Positions 19,663-30,837 of a stretch of 64,000 nucleotides of DNA are shown one piece after another. Both the position numbers and the translations under genes were made by a program. The notes under the pieces were generated by a model that was given only the letters and a program-made list of their open reading frames with translations, was not told the origin of the DNA and did no database searches. Source of the stretch: an uncultured delta proteobacterium. GTDB taxonomy: Bacteria; Desulfobacterota; Syntrophia; Syntrophales; UBA2192. The stretch is taken from NCBI GenBank assembly GCA_963705165.1, contig CAVPJD010000033.1:1-64000 (forward strand), given 5' to 3'. Position 1 is the stretch's first letter. Every line of letters starts with the position of its first letter.

Positions 19663-21651
19663 TCAGCCCTTTCCCCTGCGGGCGCCATGGCTTCCCACCC
19701 CTCCTTCGGAGGCTTTCTTGACCATGATGAGCGGATCGCCCACGTCGACCTGATCGCCGGGGTTTTTCAGGACCTCCATGATTTTCCCGTTGATGCCCGA
19801 TACGACGTTGCTGAGCATCTTCATCGCCTCCAGCACGATCAGCACCTGTCCGGCCGAAACCTCGTCCCCTTCCGAAACGGGCACCTCGTTGACGGTGCCC
19901 TTGATGGGTGAGCGGATGTCCCCGTCCTTGGCCAGGGCTTCGATCTCCTTGGCTGTCAGGGTCACCTTCCTGGCCACCTTCTCGCCGACCTGTTCGAGCT
20001 CCGTCAGGATCGGCTCGGGATGATGGTCGATCACGAGGTAGGTCACGGCATCGCCGCTCGAGGTCTTCCGCTGGGGCCCGATGACGATGGAGTGAAGCTT
20101 TCCGTAGGCATCGGGGAACTCGAAGGTTTCGCCCAGGTCGAAGCCGCCCTTCTTGAACCAGACCTTGGGCGGCAGGACCCAGACCTTGCCGTATTTTTCC
20201 TCGAACTTGAAAAAGCTCACGGCGTCGTTGGGATGCTGGAGATACAGGACCAGTTCCTCTTCCGAGGTTTTTCGCTCGAGCCTCTTCTCCAGGACGCGCT
20301 TTTCGATCGTGAGGTCCACATCCTCGATCTTCTGGTAGCCGTAGTCGCGCTCGCAGATCGTTTTCCAATTGGGCCCGAAAACGGCCTCGTAGATCCAGTC
20401 TGCCGGTTTGTGGAAGGGCAGCTCCCCGTAGCGGCCCAGCATGAGATTTTTGAGGTCGTCGTTGGCGTCCTTGTAACGGGCCCGCTTCAAGACATTGTTC
20501 ACAGCCGTCGTCCAGAGGATCTGCGACCCCGGCGTCACGCTCCACCAGTTGCCCAGCTCGACCTGGACCTTCGGCAGCTCCTGCTGGAGAATCTCCGGCA
20601 TGAGGTGCAGGAAGTTGCCCTTCACGGCCTGCTCGAAGCTCGAACCCGTGGCCCCCCCCGGCAGCTTGTGGATCTGGACGGTGGGGTCGAAGCCGAGGAA
20701 CTGGGATTCGAAGTCCTTGTAGTGCTCGCGCTCGGGCCTGAGCTTGTTCGATGTGTCGATGACGGCTTGCTTGTTGATCCCCACGCAGGGGTAGCCGTAG
20801 TCCTCGAGGGTCTCGACAATCGTCAGCAGAGGGGGCGGGCCGTAGAACCCCGTGAAGGAGTGATCGCCCCCGTTGACGATCCTGGCCCCGTTGCGCACGG
20901 CCTCGACGGTTCGGCCGATGTCGTTGCCGTCCGTGTTATGGCCGTGGTAGTGGATCAGCAGGTCGGGAAATCTGTCGAGAATGGCCTTCACCAGATCGCC
21001 GATCCGTTTCTGCGTGCCGAGGCCGCCGTGGTTCTTGATGCACAGGATGATGTCCTCGCCGGTCACGTCGATGATCTCGCCCACCTTGTTCACGTAGTAG
21101 GCATCCGTGTGCTCGGGCCCCGTGGAAAAGCAGATGGCCGGCTCCAGGATCCGGCCGGCACGCTTCACCTCCTCGAAGACGGGGACCATGTTCCGCACGT
21201 CGTTGAGGAAGTCGAAGACGCGGAACACGTCGATCACCTCGGCGAAGTGCTGGATCGTCAGGCGGACGACGTTGTCCGGGTAGGGCCGGTAGCCGAAGAG
21301 ATTGATCCCCCGCACCAGCGTCTGGAACAGGGTGTCGGGCATCATGGACTTGAGCACGCGGAGCTTTTCGAACGGGTTGATCTGCTTGCGCAGCATGTCC
21401 ACGTGGACCGAGGCACCGCCGGAGATCTCAATGGAGAAGTAGCCGCAGGCGTTTCGCTCCCCGGCCACGAGCATTTGCGTGTGCGGCAGGACCCGGTTCT
21501 TGAAGTCGGACTGGGAGAGGTCCCTCTCGGTGTTCGTCATGAAAAAGCCCTTCGACCTTCGGACCTTGTCGAGGACATATTTGACCCCGTGCTCTTTCAG
21601 CTCCCGGGGGGATATTCGCACATCGCTCGCGTTCACTGTTTTTTTCGCCAT
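19663..21651 (-). CDS. pycB: Pyruvate carboxylase subunit B-like protein (carboxyltransferase + biotin carrier), divergent
   Basis: HMGL-like TIM barrel (RD.SQS, HYHGH), VTPGSQI, biotinylation site EAMKM. Confidence 0.8.
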   Translation of the reverse strand: MAKKTVNASDVRISPRELKEHGVKYVLDKVRRSKGFFMTNTERDLSQSDFKNRVLPHTQMLVAGERNACGYFSIEISGGASVHVDMLRKQINPFEKLRVLKSMMPDTLFQTLVRGINLFGYRPYPDNVVRLTIQHFAEVIDVFRVFDFLNDVRNMVPVFEEVKRAGRILEPAICFSTGPEHTDAYYVNKVGEIIDVTGEDIILCIKNHGGLGTQKRIGDLVKAILDRFPDLLIHYHGHNTDGNDIGRTVEAVRNGARIVNGGDHSFTGFYGPPPLLTIVETLEDYGYPCVGINKQAVIDTSNKLRPEREHYKDFESQFLGFDPTVQIHKLPGGATGSSFEQAVKGNFLHLMPEILQQELPKVQVELGNWWSVTPGSQILWTTAVNNVLKRARYKDANDDLKNLMLGRYGELPFHKPADWIYEAVFGPNWKTICERDYGYQKIEDVDLTIEKRVLEKRLERKTSEEELVLYLQHPNDAVSFFKFEEKYGKVWVLPPKVWFKKGGFDLGETFEFPDAYGKLHSIVIGPQRKTSSGDAVTYLVIDHHPEPILTELEQVGEKVARKVTLTAKEIEALAKDGDIRSPIKGTVNEVPVSEGDEVSAGQVLIVLEAMKMLSNVVSGINGKIMEVLKNPGDQVDVGDPLIMVKKASEGGVGSHGARRGKG

Positions 21652-21715
21652 CTCTCTTCTCTTTGTTATTCTTGTCGTTCCCTACACCCTGGTCTTTTGT
21701 TTTAAAAGGATTATT

Positions 21716-21753
21716 CCCCCTCACCCCGGCCCTCTCCCTCGGGGGGAGAGGGA
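21716..21753. repeat. REP-like palindrome
   Basis: CCCCCTCACCCCGGCCCTCTCCC-TCGG-GGGAGAGGG. Confidence 0.7.
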
Positions 21754-21771
21754 GACTGAGGTGTTGGTTCC

Positions 21772-23240
21772 TCAGTAGGCGTAGGGGTTGATCTTTTTCA
21801 CATGGATTTCGGCGATGAGCTTGGCCAGCCTGGCCACCTCCCGCTCCGTTTCGGGGTACCCGAAGATCTCCGGATGCGTCTCGATGTAGCTCGTGTCGAA
21901 GCGGCCCGCCCGGAAGTCCGGCTCGTCGCAAATGCTCAGGTAGAAGGGGATCGTCGTCTTCGGTCCCACGATGTTGAACCCCAGCAGGGCCCGCTTGAGC
22001 CGGTCGATGGTCTCGTTCCAGTCGTAGCCGCGGCAGGTGAGTTTCACCATGAGCGAGTCGTACTCCGTGGGGATCTTGTAGCCCTGGTAGACGATCCCGT
22101 CGAGGCGGATGCCAGGTCCGCCGGGGGAGTGGTAGACCTCGACGGTCTTCCCGCCCTCGGGCATGAAGTGGTTCTTGGGGTCCTCGGCGTTGATCCGGAC
22201 CTGGATGGCCTTGCCCATCATGTGGACACGCTCGGCGGGGATGTCGATCTTCTGTCCCTGGGCGATCTGGATCTGCTGGCGGACGATATCCACGCCAGTG
22301 AGCTCCTCCGTCACGGTATGCTCCACCTGGAGGCGTGTGTTCACCTCCATGAACCAGAAGTCGTTCGTCTTCGAGTCGACGAGGAACTCGACCGTCCCGG
22401 CGTTGACATAGTTCGAACCCCGGGCCGCGGCGATAGCCGCCTCGCACATCCTCTCGAGGACATCCTTCGGGAGGTCGGCCGGTGCGATCTCGAGAAGCTT
22501 CTGGTGCCGTCGCTGGATCGAGCAGTCACGGGTGCCCAGATGGATGACATTTCCGTGCTCGTCGGCAAGGATCTGGACCTCTACGTGCCGGGGCGCCTCG
22601 ATGCACTTCTCCACGTAGATGCTGTCGTCGTTGAAGGCGGACTTCGCCTCGGTCCTGGCGATGGGAAGCTGCATGAGCAGATCCGAGTCGCTCTCCACCC
22701 TCCGGATGCCGCGGCCGCCCCCCCGAGGGAGGCCTTCAGCATGATGGGGTATCCCGCCTTCTTGCCGAAATCGATGGCCTGCTGGATGCCCGCTTCGCCG
22801 GGCTGCAGCGTTGACGTCCCCGGGATGAAGGGGATTTTTGTCTTCTCCATGATCTGCCGGGCCACGACCTTGTTGCCCAGGTCGCGGATCACCTCGGGCG
22901 GGGGGCCGATAAACGCGATGCCCGCCTTTTCGCAGGCGGCGGAGAAATCCGGGTTTTCCGCGAGGAAGCCGTAACCCGGGTGGATGGCGTCGGCGCCGCT
23001 CTTCTTGGCCGCCCAGATATGCTTCTCGATGTCCAGGTAGTCCCGGCGGGGACCGTTGCCGATGAGGATGGCCTCGTCGGCAAGCCGGATGAAATAAGCC
23101 TCGCTATCGGGTTTCTCATATACGGCCACGGTCTTGAGCCCCATTTCCATGGCCGTGCGGATGATCCGCAATGCGATCTCCCCCCGGTTTGCAATGAGGA
23201 TTTTGCTGATTCGTCTCTCCTTCGTTTTTCTCGCTGCCAT
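21772..23240 (-). CDS. pycA: Biotin carboxylase (pyruvate carboxylase subunit A-like), frameshift in G7 run at 22718-22724
   Basis: ANRGEIA, HPGYGFLAEN; adding one G restores GGGGRGIR; RDCSIQRRHQK, EVNTRLQVEH. Confidence 0.9.
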
Positions 23241-23310
23241 GGGAACCCTTTTACATGTCGCTGCAGCCGATTTCCGGTTGACGACATTTTCCATTTTTTG
23301 TAAGGGATTT

Positions 23311-23339
23311 CTTATACGGTCAACCCTGAAACCTGTCAA
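23311..23339 (-). promoter_or_regulatory. Putative sigma70 promoter of pycAB
   Basis: TTGACA-17bp-TATAAG. Confidence 0.7.
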
Positions 23340-23442
23340 GGGCTTTGTTTTCGGGATTCCAAAATTGTCTTGACTTTAAAAGTTCCTTTGGGCTAAACGG
23401 TGCGGATATTAATTGATACGCACAGCTCGGAAAGGAGCATCT

Positions 23443-25530
23443 ATGGCAAAGCATGATTCGAAGTCCATCAGGAACATCGCGATCGTCGGGCACGGCGGCA
23501 CCGGGAAGACGTCGATCGCCGAATCCATGCTCTTTGTCTCCGGGAAAACGGACCGCCTGGGCCGCCCGGATGACGGAACGTCCATCATGGACTGGGAGCC
23601 CGAGGAGCAGAAGCGACGCATCTCCATCAGCGCCGCTGTGGCCTTCGTCGAGTGGGACAAGCACCGGATCAACATCCTCGACACCCCGGGCGATGCCAAC
23701 TTTGCCATGGACACCCGGAGCTGCCTTCGTGTCGCCGACGGGGCCGTCGTCGTCGTCGATGCCGTGGGCGGAGTGGAATTCCAGACGGAAAAAGTCTGGG
23801 AGACTTCCGACGAGTACTCCCTGCCGCGCCTGATCTTTATCAACAGGATGGACCGCGAACGGGCGAACTTCGAGGGCGCCATCGAGGGCGTGAAGAAGAT
23901 CTTCGGAAAGAAGGCCACCCCCCTGTTCATCCCCATCGGCGCAGAGGACAAGCTCAAGGGCATCATCGATCTCATGCAGATGAAGGCCCTCTTCTTCGAT
24001 GACCCCAAGGGAAAGGTGAAGGCCGGCGAGATCCCCGCGGAGCTTGCCGAAGAGGCGAAGAAGTATCGCGAGGCCATGACCGAAGACATCGCCGAGTGCG
24101 ATGAGGCCCTCATGGACAAATACCTCGAGAGCGGCGAGCTCACCCCGGAGGAGCTGAAGACGGGGCTCCGCAAGGGCGTCATCAGCGGATCCCTTTTCCC
24201 TGTCGTCTGCGGCGTGGCCAACCGAAATATCGGCATTGCCCCCCTCATGGACCTCATTGCGGCCGCCATGCCATCGCCGCTGGATCGCGGCGACGCGGAG
24301 GGAAAGAACCCCTCGACAGGAGCCGCCGAGAAGCGAAGCCCCGACGAAAAGGCCCCTTTCTCCGCCTACGTCTTCAAGACCATTTCGGATCCTTTTGCGG
24401 GCCGGCTGACTCTTTTCAAGGTCTACTCAGGCACGGCCAGCTCCGACGGAAACTTCTTCAACCCCACCCGCAAGGCCACCGAGCGCTTCGGAAACATCTT
24501 CTATCTCGACGGAAAAAGCCAGAAGCCGGCCGAATCGGTCGTCCCCGGAGATATTGCCGCCGTGGCAAAGCTGAAGGAAACCTTCACGGGCGACACGATG
24601 ACGGAAGAGAAGAACCCCATCCAGTATGAGAAGGTTCAGCCGATCCCCGCCATCATCTCTTTCGCCGTCCAGCCCAAGTCCAAGGGCGACGAGGAGAAGA
24701 TCATGTCGGGGCTCAACCGCCTCGTCGAGGAGGATCCCACGCTCAATTACCGTCGCGACGAGCAGACTCGCGAGATCATCCTTTCCGGCATGGGACAGGT
24801 CCACATCGAGATCGCCATCGAAAAGATGAAGCGCAAGTTCGGCGTCGAGGTCACGCTGAACACCCCCAAGGTTCCCTACAAAGAAACCCTCAAAGGCAAG
24901 ACGACGGTCCAGGGCCGTTACAAGAAACAGTCCGGCGGCCGGGGCCAGTTCGGCGACACGTGGCTCGATATCGAGCCCCTGCCCAGAGGCGGCGGGTTCG
25001 AGTTCGCCGACAAGATCGTCGGCGGATCGATCCCCAGGAATTACATCCCCGCCGTCGAGAAGGGAATTGTCGAGGCCATGGTGGAAGGTGTTCTCGCAGG
25101 CTACCCCGTTGTGGACGTGAAGGTTGCCCTCTTTGACGGGTCCTTCCACACGGTCGACTCCTCTGAAATGGCCTTCAAGATCGCCGGCTCCATGGGGTTC
25201 AAGAAGGGCGTCGAGCAGTGCAACCCGACGCTTCTGGAGCCCATCGTCAACATCGACATCGAGATCCCCGACGAATACATGGGCGATGTCATCGGGGACC
25301 TCAACTCCCGGCGCGGCCGCGTGATCGGCATGGAGCCCAAGGGCCACAACCAGATCATCAAGGGGCAGGTGCCGCTGGCCGAAATCCTGAGATACGCCCC
25401 GGATCTGCGCTCGATCACGAGCGGCCGCGGGACCTTCACCCACAGCCACTCCCACTATGAGGAAGTGCCGCCCATGATCGCCGAGAAAGTCATCGCCGCC
25501 GCACGGAAAGAGAAGGAAGAGAAGGGTTGA
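23443..25530 (+). CDS. fusA: Elongation factor G paralog (EF-G2-like)
   Basis: Five-domain EF-G; GHGGTGKT, RRISI, DTPGD, NRMD, KKQSGGRGQF; not in the str operon. Confidence 0.9.
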   Translation: MAKHDSKSIRNIAIVGHGGTGKTSIAESMLFVSGKTDRLGRPDDGTSIMDWEPEEQKRRISISAAVAFVEWDKHRINILDTPGDANFAMDTRSCLRVADGAVVVVDAVGGVEFQTEKVWETSDEYSLPRLIFINRMDRERANFEGAIEGVKKIFGKKATPLFIPIGAEDKLKGIIDLMQMKALFFDDPKGKVKAGEIPAELAEEAKKYREAMTEDIAECDEALMDKYLESGELTPEELKTGLRKGVISGSLFPVVCGVANRNIGIAPLMDLIAAAMPSPLDRGDAEGKNPSTGAAEKRSPDEKAPFSAYVFKTISDPFAGRLTLFKVYSGTASSDGNFFNPTRKATERFGNIFYLDGKSQKPAESVVPGDIAAVAKLKETFTGDTMTEEKNPIQYEKVQPIPAIISFAVQPKSKGDEEKIMSGLNRLVEEDPTLNYRRDEQTREIILSGMGQVHIEIAIEKMKRKFGVEVTLNTPKVPYKETLKGKTTVQGRYKKQSGGRGQFGDTWLDIEPLPRGGGFEFADKIVGGSIPRNYIPAVEKGIVEAMVEGVLAGYPVVDVKVALFDGSFHTVDSSEMAFKIAGSMGFKKGVEQCNPTLLEPIVNIDIEIPDEYMGDVIGDLNSRRGRVIGMEPKGHNQIIKGQVPLAEILRYAPDLRSITSGRGTFTHSHSHYEEVPPMIAEKVIAAARKEKEEKG

Positions 25531-26015
25531 TCAAGGCAGGAGTCCTCACACTCAGCGACAAGGGATCCCGCGGAGAGCGCGTAGACCTGAGCGGCCCGGA
25601 AGTGATCCGGATGCTGAAGGAGATCGGGATCGAGACCGATTGCTGCGAGATCGTCCCCGACGAGACGGAGATCATTGCGGCAAAGCTCGTCGAGTTCGTC
25701 GACGAACGCAAATTGGATCTCGTCGTCACCACGGGCGGCACCGGCGTGAGCCCCCGGGATGTGACGCCGGAGGCCACCCTGAAGGTCATCGACCGGGAGC
25801 TCCCCGGCATGGCCGAGGCCATGCGCCGGGAAAGCATGCAGAAGACCCCCCATGCCATGATCTCCCGCGCCGTCGCGGGCATTCGTAAAACAACCCTGAT
25901 CGTAAACCTGCCCGGCAGTCCGAAGGGCGTCCGGGAAAACCTCGCCGTGATCCTGCCGGCCTTGAAGCACGCCATCGAAAAGATCAAGGGAGACCCGGCC
26001 GACTGCGCCACCTGA
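25527..26015 (+). CDS. mog: Molybdopterin adenylyltransferase (MogA/MoaB family)
   Basis: TLSDKG, TTGGTG.SPRDVTPEAT, NLPGSPKG. Confidence 0.92.
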   Translation: MIKAGVLTLSDKGSRGERVDLSGPEVIRMLKEIGIETDCCEIVPDETEIIAAKLVEFVDERKLDLVVTTGGTGVSPRDVTPEATLKVIDRELPGMAEAMRRESMQKTPHAMISRAVAGIRKTTLIVNLPGSPKGVRENLAVILPALKHAIEKIKGDPADCAT

Positions 26016-26019
26016 AAAC

Positions 26020-26104
26020 GAGAAGTTGAGAGGTTGAGAAGGTGGAGAAGGTTGGCAATGCTTCCGCCTTCCGATCCTCTTACCCTCTTACCGTCTTACC
26101 CTCT
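26020..26104. repeat. Inverted pair of ~8-bp degenerate arrays between convergent genes
   Basis: GAGAAGTT GAGAGGTT GAGAAGGT GGAGAAGGTT ... CCTCTTAC CCTCTTAC CGTCTTAC CCTCT. Confidence 0.8.
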
Positions 26105-26592
26105 GATCCGTTCCTGCCTGTCGTGCCACTGTCATCCAATCCCAGAATCCTGCGGAGTGTCTCCATGGTGCGGGCGCGGTGCGTGCCGGGCCAGTACACG
26201 CCACGGCATTTCGGGCACACCCGGAACTCACTCTGAGTCCTGAATACATAATCGGGAACGAGTGGCCGCACTTCTTCCGGTCTGGCTTCCTTCAGGGATT
26301 CGTTGCAGCGAAGGCACAGGGTGAATAGATTTTCCGGTTGAGGCTTGAGGCCCAACTTCCCGAGGACCTCGACGAGCTGGCCCTCTACCCGGTCGCTTTC
26401 CACAAAAAGAACGATGCCGGGGTGCTGCCGGGCCAGAACATCTTTGCGCCTCGTCAAAACGGCCCTCCCCTCCTTCTCCGCTTTGCGCAGAAAGATCCGA
26501 TCGGCCTCTCCCCGGCAGTAGACCGTGTCATAGCCGAGGATCCTCAGCCACTTGGACAGGCGCCCCAGGGAGCTGTCGGCAAGGAATTTCAT
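26080..26592 (-). CDS. Mut7-C RNase (PIN-like) domain protein with Zn ribbon
   Basis: FLADSSLGRLSKWLRILGYDT, LTR, CLRCN, CPKC..VYWPGTH. Confidence 0.88.
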   Translation of the reverse strand: MKFLADSSLGRLSKWLRILGYDTVYCRGEADRIFLRKAEKEGRAVLTRRKDVLARQHPGIVLFVESDRVEGQLVEVLGKLGLKPQPENLFTLCLRCNESLKEARPEEVRPLVPDYVFRTQSEFRVCPKCRGVYWPGTHRARTMETLRRILGLDDSGTTGRNGSEGKTVRG

Positions 26593-26626
26593 GTCAGCCC
26601 TTCGCGTGGGCACAGAACGGGGAATT

Positions 26627-26944
26627 CTAGATCAGCCCGCCCGGATGGGATGGCGGCGGAGGCTGCGGGCTGCTTCGCAACAGGGACAGGTTCTTCTGCT
26701 CGAGGTCGTCGATCTTCCGGTAGAGCTTGTTCATGCGGAGCGTCATCCGGAGCTTGTCGATCGCCCCCAGGAGCGCCGCCATGAAAAAACCGATCACGAA
26801 GAAAGCAAAGACGAATAAATAGATTGGAATGTCGTCATAGGCGTAGCCGAAGTATCGCAATTTGATGGGATCACTGTTCTGAACGCCGAACGTGACAAAG
26901 AAAAAGGCGAAGCCGAGAATGACGATCAAGTAAATGAACCTCAT
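26627..26944 (-). CDS. LapA-like (DUF1049) membrane protein
   Basis: Two TM helices, F.VQN motif, C-terminal coiled coil. Confidence 0.75.
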   Translation of the reverse strand: MRFIYLIVILGFAFFFVTFGVQNSDPIKLRYFGYAYDDIPIYLFVFAFFVIGFFMAALLGAIDKLRMTLRMNKLYRKIDDLEQKNLSLLRSSPQPPPPSHPGGLI

Positions 26945-27432
26945 GGTCTGACTCCCTCCTCGTATTTCCGGAAATGCGGCAGGAGCGCCTCTTTTGTCTT
27001 CATGAGGTCTTCGGAGATGATCCTCACCTCCCCGAAGACGGAAAGGGCATTGGTGTCCCCGATCCAGCGCGGGACGATGTGCATGTGAAGGTGGTCCTCC
27101 ACGCCTGCGCCGGCGGCCCGTCCGAGATTCATGCCGAGGTTGAATCCCTGGGGGTCCAGGGCCTCCTTGAGCACTTTCACGCACCGGGCCGTCAAATCGA
27201 ACATCTCGCAGTGCTCCTCGAGACGGAGCTCCTCGATGTTGTGGACGTGCCGGTGTGGCGCGACCATGAGGTGGCCCGTGATGTAAGGATAGCGATTCAT
27301 GATGATGAAGGCGTGCCTGCCGTCATGGAGCACAAACCCGTTATTCCGTATGGAATCCTTGCAGAAAATACACCCGTCCACCTTCTTCCCCCTGATGTAT
27401 TCCATTCTCCATGGCGCGTAGAGGCTTTTCAT
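26941..27432 (-). CDS. HIT family hydrolase (Ap4A phosphorylase-like)
   Basis: LYAPWR, CIFC, NRYPY..GH, AGAGV..HLHMHIVPRW.GD. Confidence 0.92.
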   Translation of the reverse strand: MKSLYAPWRMEYIRGKKVDGCIFCKDSIRNNGFVLHDGRHAFIIMNRYPYITGHLMVAPHRHVHNIEELRLEEHCEMFDLTARCVKVLKEALDPQGFNLGMNLGRAAGAGVEDHLHMHIVPRWIGDTNALSVFGEVRIISEDLMKTKEALLPHFRKYEEGVRP

Positions 27433-27469
27433 GCAATCCTCAAAACAGGCGCTTCCTGATCAGTCTTCA

Positions 27470-27958
27470 TCAGTCTTCATCGATGGCGATGATCCTGCCG
27501 GCGATCTTGTCCTCTCCGACCTCCAGGATCCCTACGGTGTTGGATCCGGCATGGCGCCTCTCGCAGGCCGTCCCGGGGTTGAAAAAGAGGATGCCCTCCC
27601 GGATGTGGTTCGCCGGGTTGTGGCTGTGGCCGTATACGATGCAGTCGACGTTCTCGAATTCCCTCCTGATCCGATCCTCGAGGTCCCGGGGGGATCCCCA
27701 GCCGTGAATGAGGCCGATCCGGAAGCGGCCGATCTCGAGAACACGCTTCTGAGGGATCTCGTCCCCGACGCGGGGAGGGTCCATGTTGCCGCAGACGGCC
27801 ACCACATCCTTGTCCCCGAAGGCATCCAGGACCCTGAGGTCGACGAGGTCGCCCGCATGGAGGATCAGTTCGGCGTCGTGGAAGTGCTTCCGGATGATAT
27901 CCAGGAGCCTCTCGTCGGGCCCCCTGAGATGCGTGTCGGAGATGACGCCGATCTTCAA
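27470..27958 (-). CDS. YfcE-family metallophosphoesterase
   Basis: ISDTH, HAGD, GNMD, HG, GHSH, NPG motifs; TTG start inferred. Confidence 0.9.
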   Translation of the reverse strand: MKIGVISDTHLRGPDERLLDIIRKHFHDAELILHAGDLVDLRVLDAFGDKDVVAVCGNMDPPRVGDEIPQKRVLEIGRFRIGLIHGWGSPRDLEDRIRREFENVDCIVYGHSHNPANHIREGILFFNPGTACERRHAGSNTVGILEVGEDKIAGRIIAIDED

Positions 27959-28051
27959 CCCTAACCCTCCCGGAACGATTGGGATTATATCGTCCGGGGG
28001 TAAAAAGACAAGTCTTTTTTGGCATCTGCAAAGCTGCGCCACGCTTTCGGT

Positions 28052-28080
28052 TTGACTTTTCCGGGGCGGGGTACTAAGAT
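28052..28080 (+). promoter_or_regulatory. Putative sigma70 promoter of the ligA unit
   Basis: TTGACT-17bp-TAAGAT. Confidence 0.65.
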
Positions 28081-28107
28081 CGAACCGGGCGAAAAAGGAA
28101 ACGGGAA

Positions 28108-28383
28108 ATGCTTGAAAACACCCTCGAAAAGATCGCCGAAAAGATACTGACCCTCGATGAGGCATCGCTTGCCTCCCTCTGGGAGCAGTACAAGCAGAAG
28201 ATGGAAAAATTCCAGCCCACAAGGGAGTGGGAACGCTCCGTCATCGTCTTCTTCATCATCAATTCCGTCCGCGTCAAGAACCATATCTTCAACGAGCGCA
28301 TCCTTCAACATCAGCAGCACGGCGAACCCAAGCCGGAAGAGCCAACGCCAAAGGGAAGACCGAACCTCAAGCTCGTCAAGTAG
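28108..28383 (+). CDS. Hypothetical protein (91 aa)
   Basis: Lies after promoter and abuts ligA; typical codon usage; C-terminal RPNLKLVK. Confidence 0.75.
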   Translation: MLENTLEKIAEKILTLDEASLASLWEQYKQKMEKFQPTREWERSVIVFFIINSVRVKNHIFNERILQHQQHGEPKPEEPTPKGRPNLKLVK

Positions 28384-30411
<2,028 letters not shown>

Positions 30412-30451
30412 CCGCTGCGTGTTGTGAGCTCCGAATCTTGGTTTTTCTTCA

Positions 30452-30484
30452 GCCCTTAGCCTTATGTCTTAAGCCTTAAGCCTT
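30452..30484. repeat. 7-bp tandem array before acyP
   Basis: GCCCTTA GCCTTAT GTCTTAA GCCTTAA GCCTT. Confidence 0.75.
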
Positions 30485-30490
30485 CTTCTT

Positions 30491-30769
30491 ATGAAACACG
30501 TCCACGTCTATATTTCCGGCACGGTCCAGGGCGTCGCATTCCGGGCCAAGACCCGCAGCGAGGCCGTCCGGCACAACGTGTCGGGCTGGGTCAGAAACCT
30601 CCCTGACGGCCGCGTCGAGGCCGTCTTCGAGGGCAAGCCCGAAGACGTGGACCGTGTCGTCGCATGGTGCCGCATCGGTCCCAGCCTGGCAGCAGTTACG
30701 AATGTCGAAATGCGCGAGGAAGCATACACGGGAGCATTTACGGACTTCAGTATCCGATACGGGCACTGA
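30491..30769 (+). CDS. acyP: Acylphosphatase
   Basis: SG.VQGVAFR, GWVRNLPDGRVE. Confidence 0.95.
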   Translation: MKHVHVYISGTVQGVAFRAKTRSEAVRHNVSGWVRNLPDGRVEAVFEGKPEDVDRVVAWCRIGPSLAAVTNVEMREEAYTGAFTDFSIRYGH

Positions 30770-30837
30770 GGAACGGGACGGCTTCCGGGCAACGAATCAA
30801 CGAAAACCGGCAAACCAACCATCAGGAGGGGAATGAG

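Noticed and set aside
26080..26592. Mut7-C as a toxin-antitoxin toxin
   Set aside because: No adjacent antitoxin-like gene; the upstream gene is LapA-like
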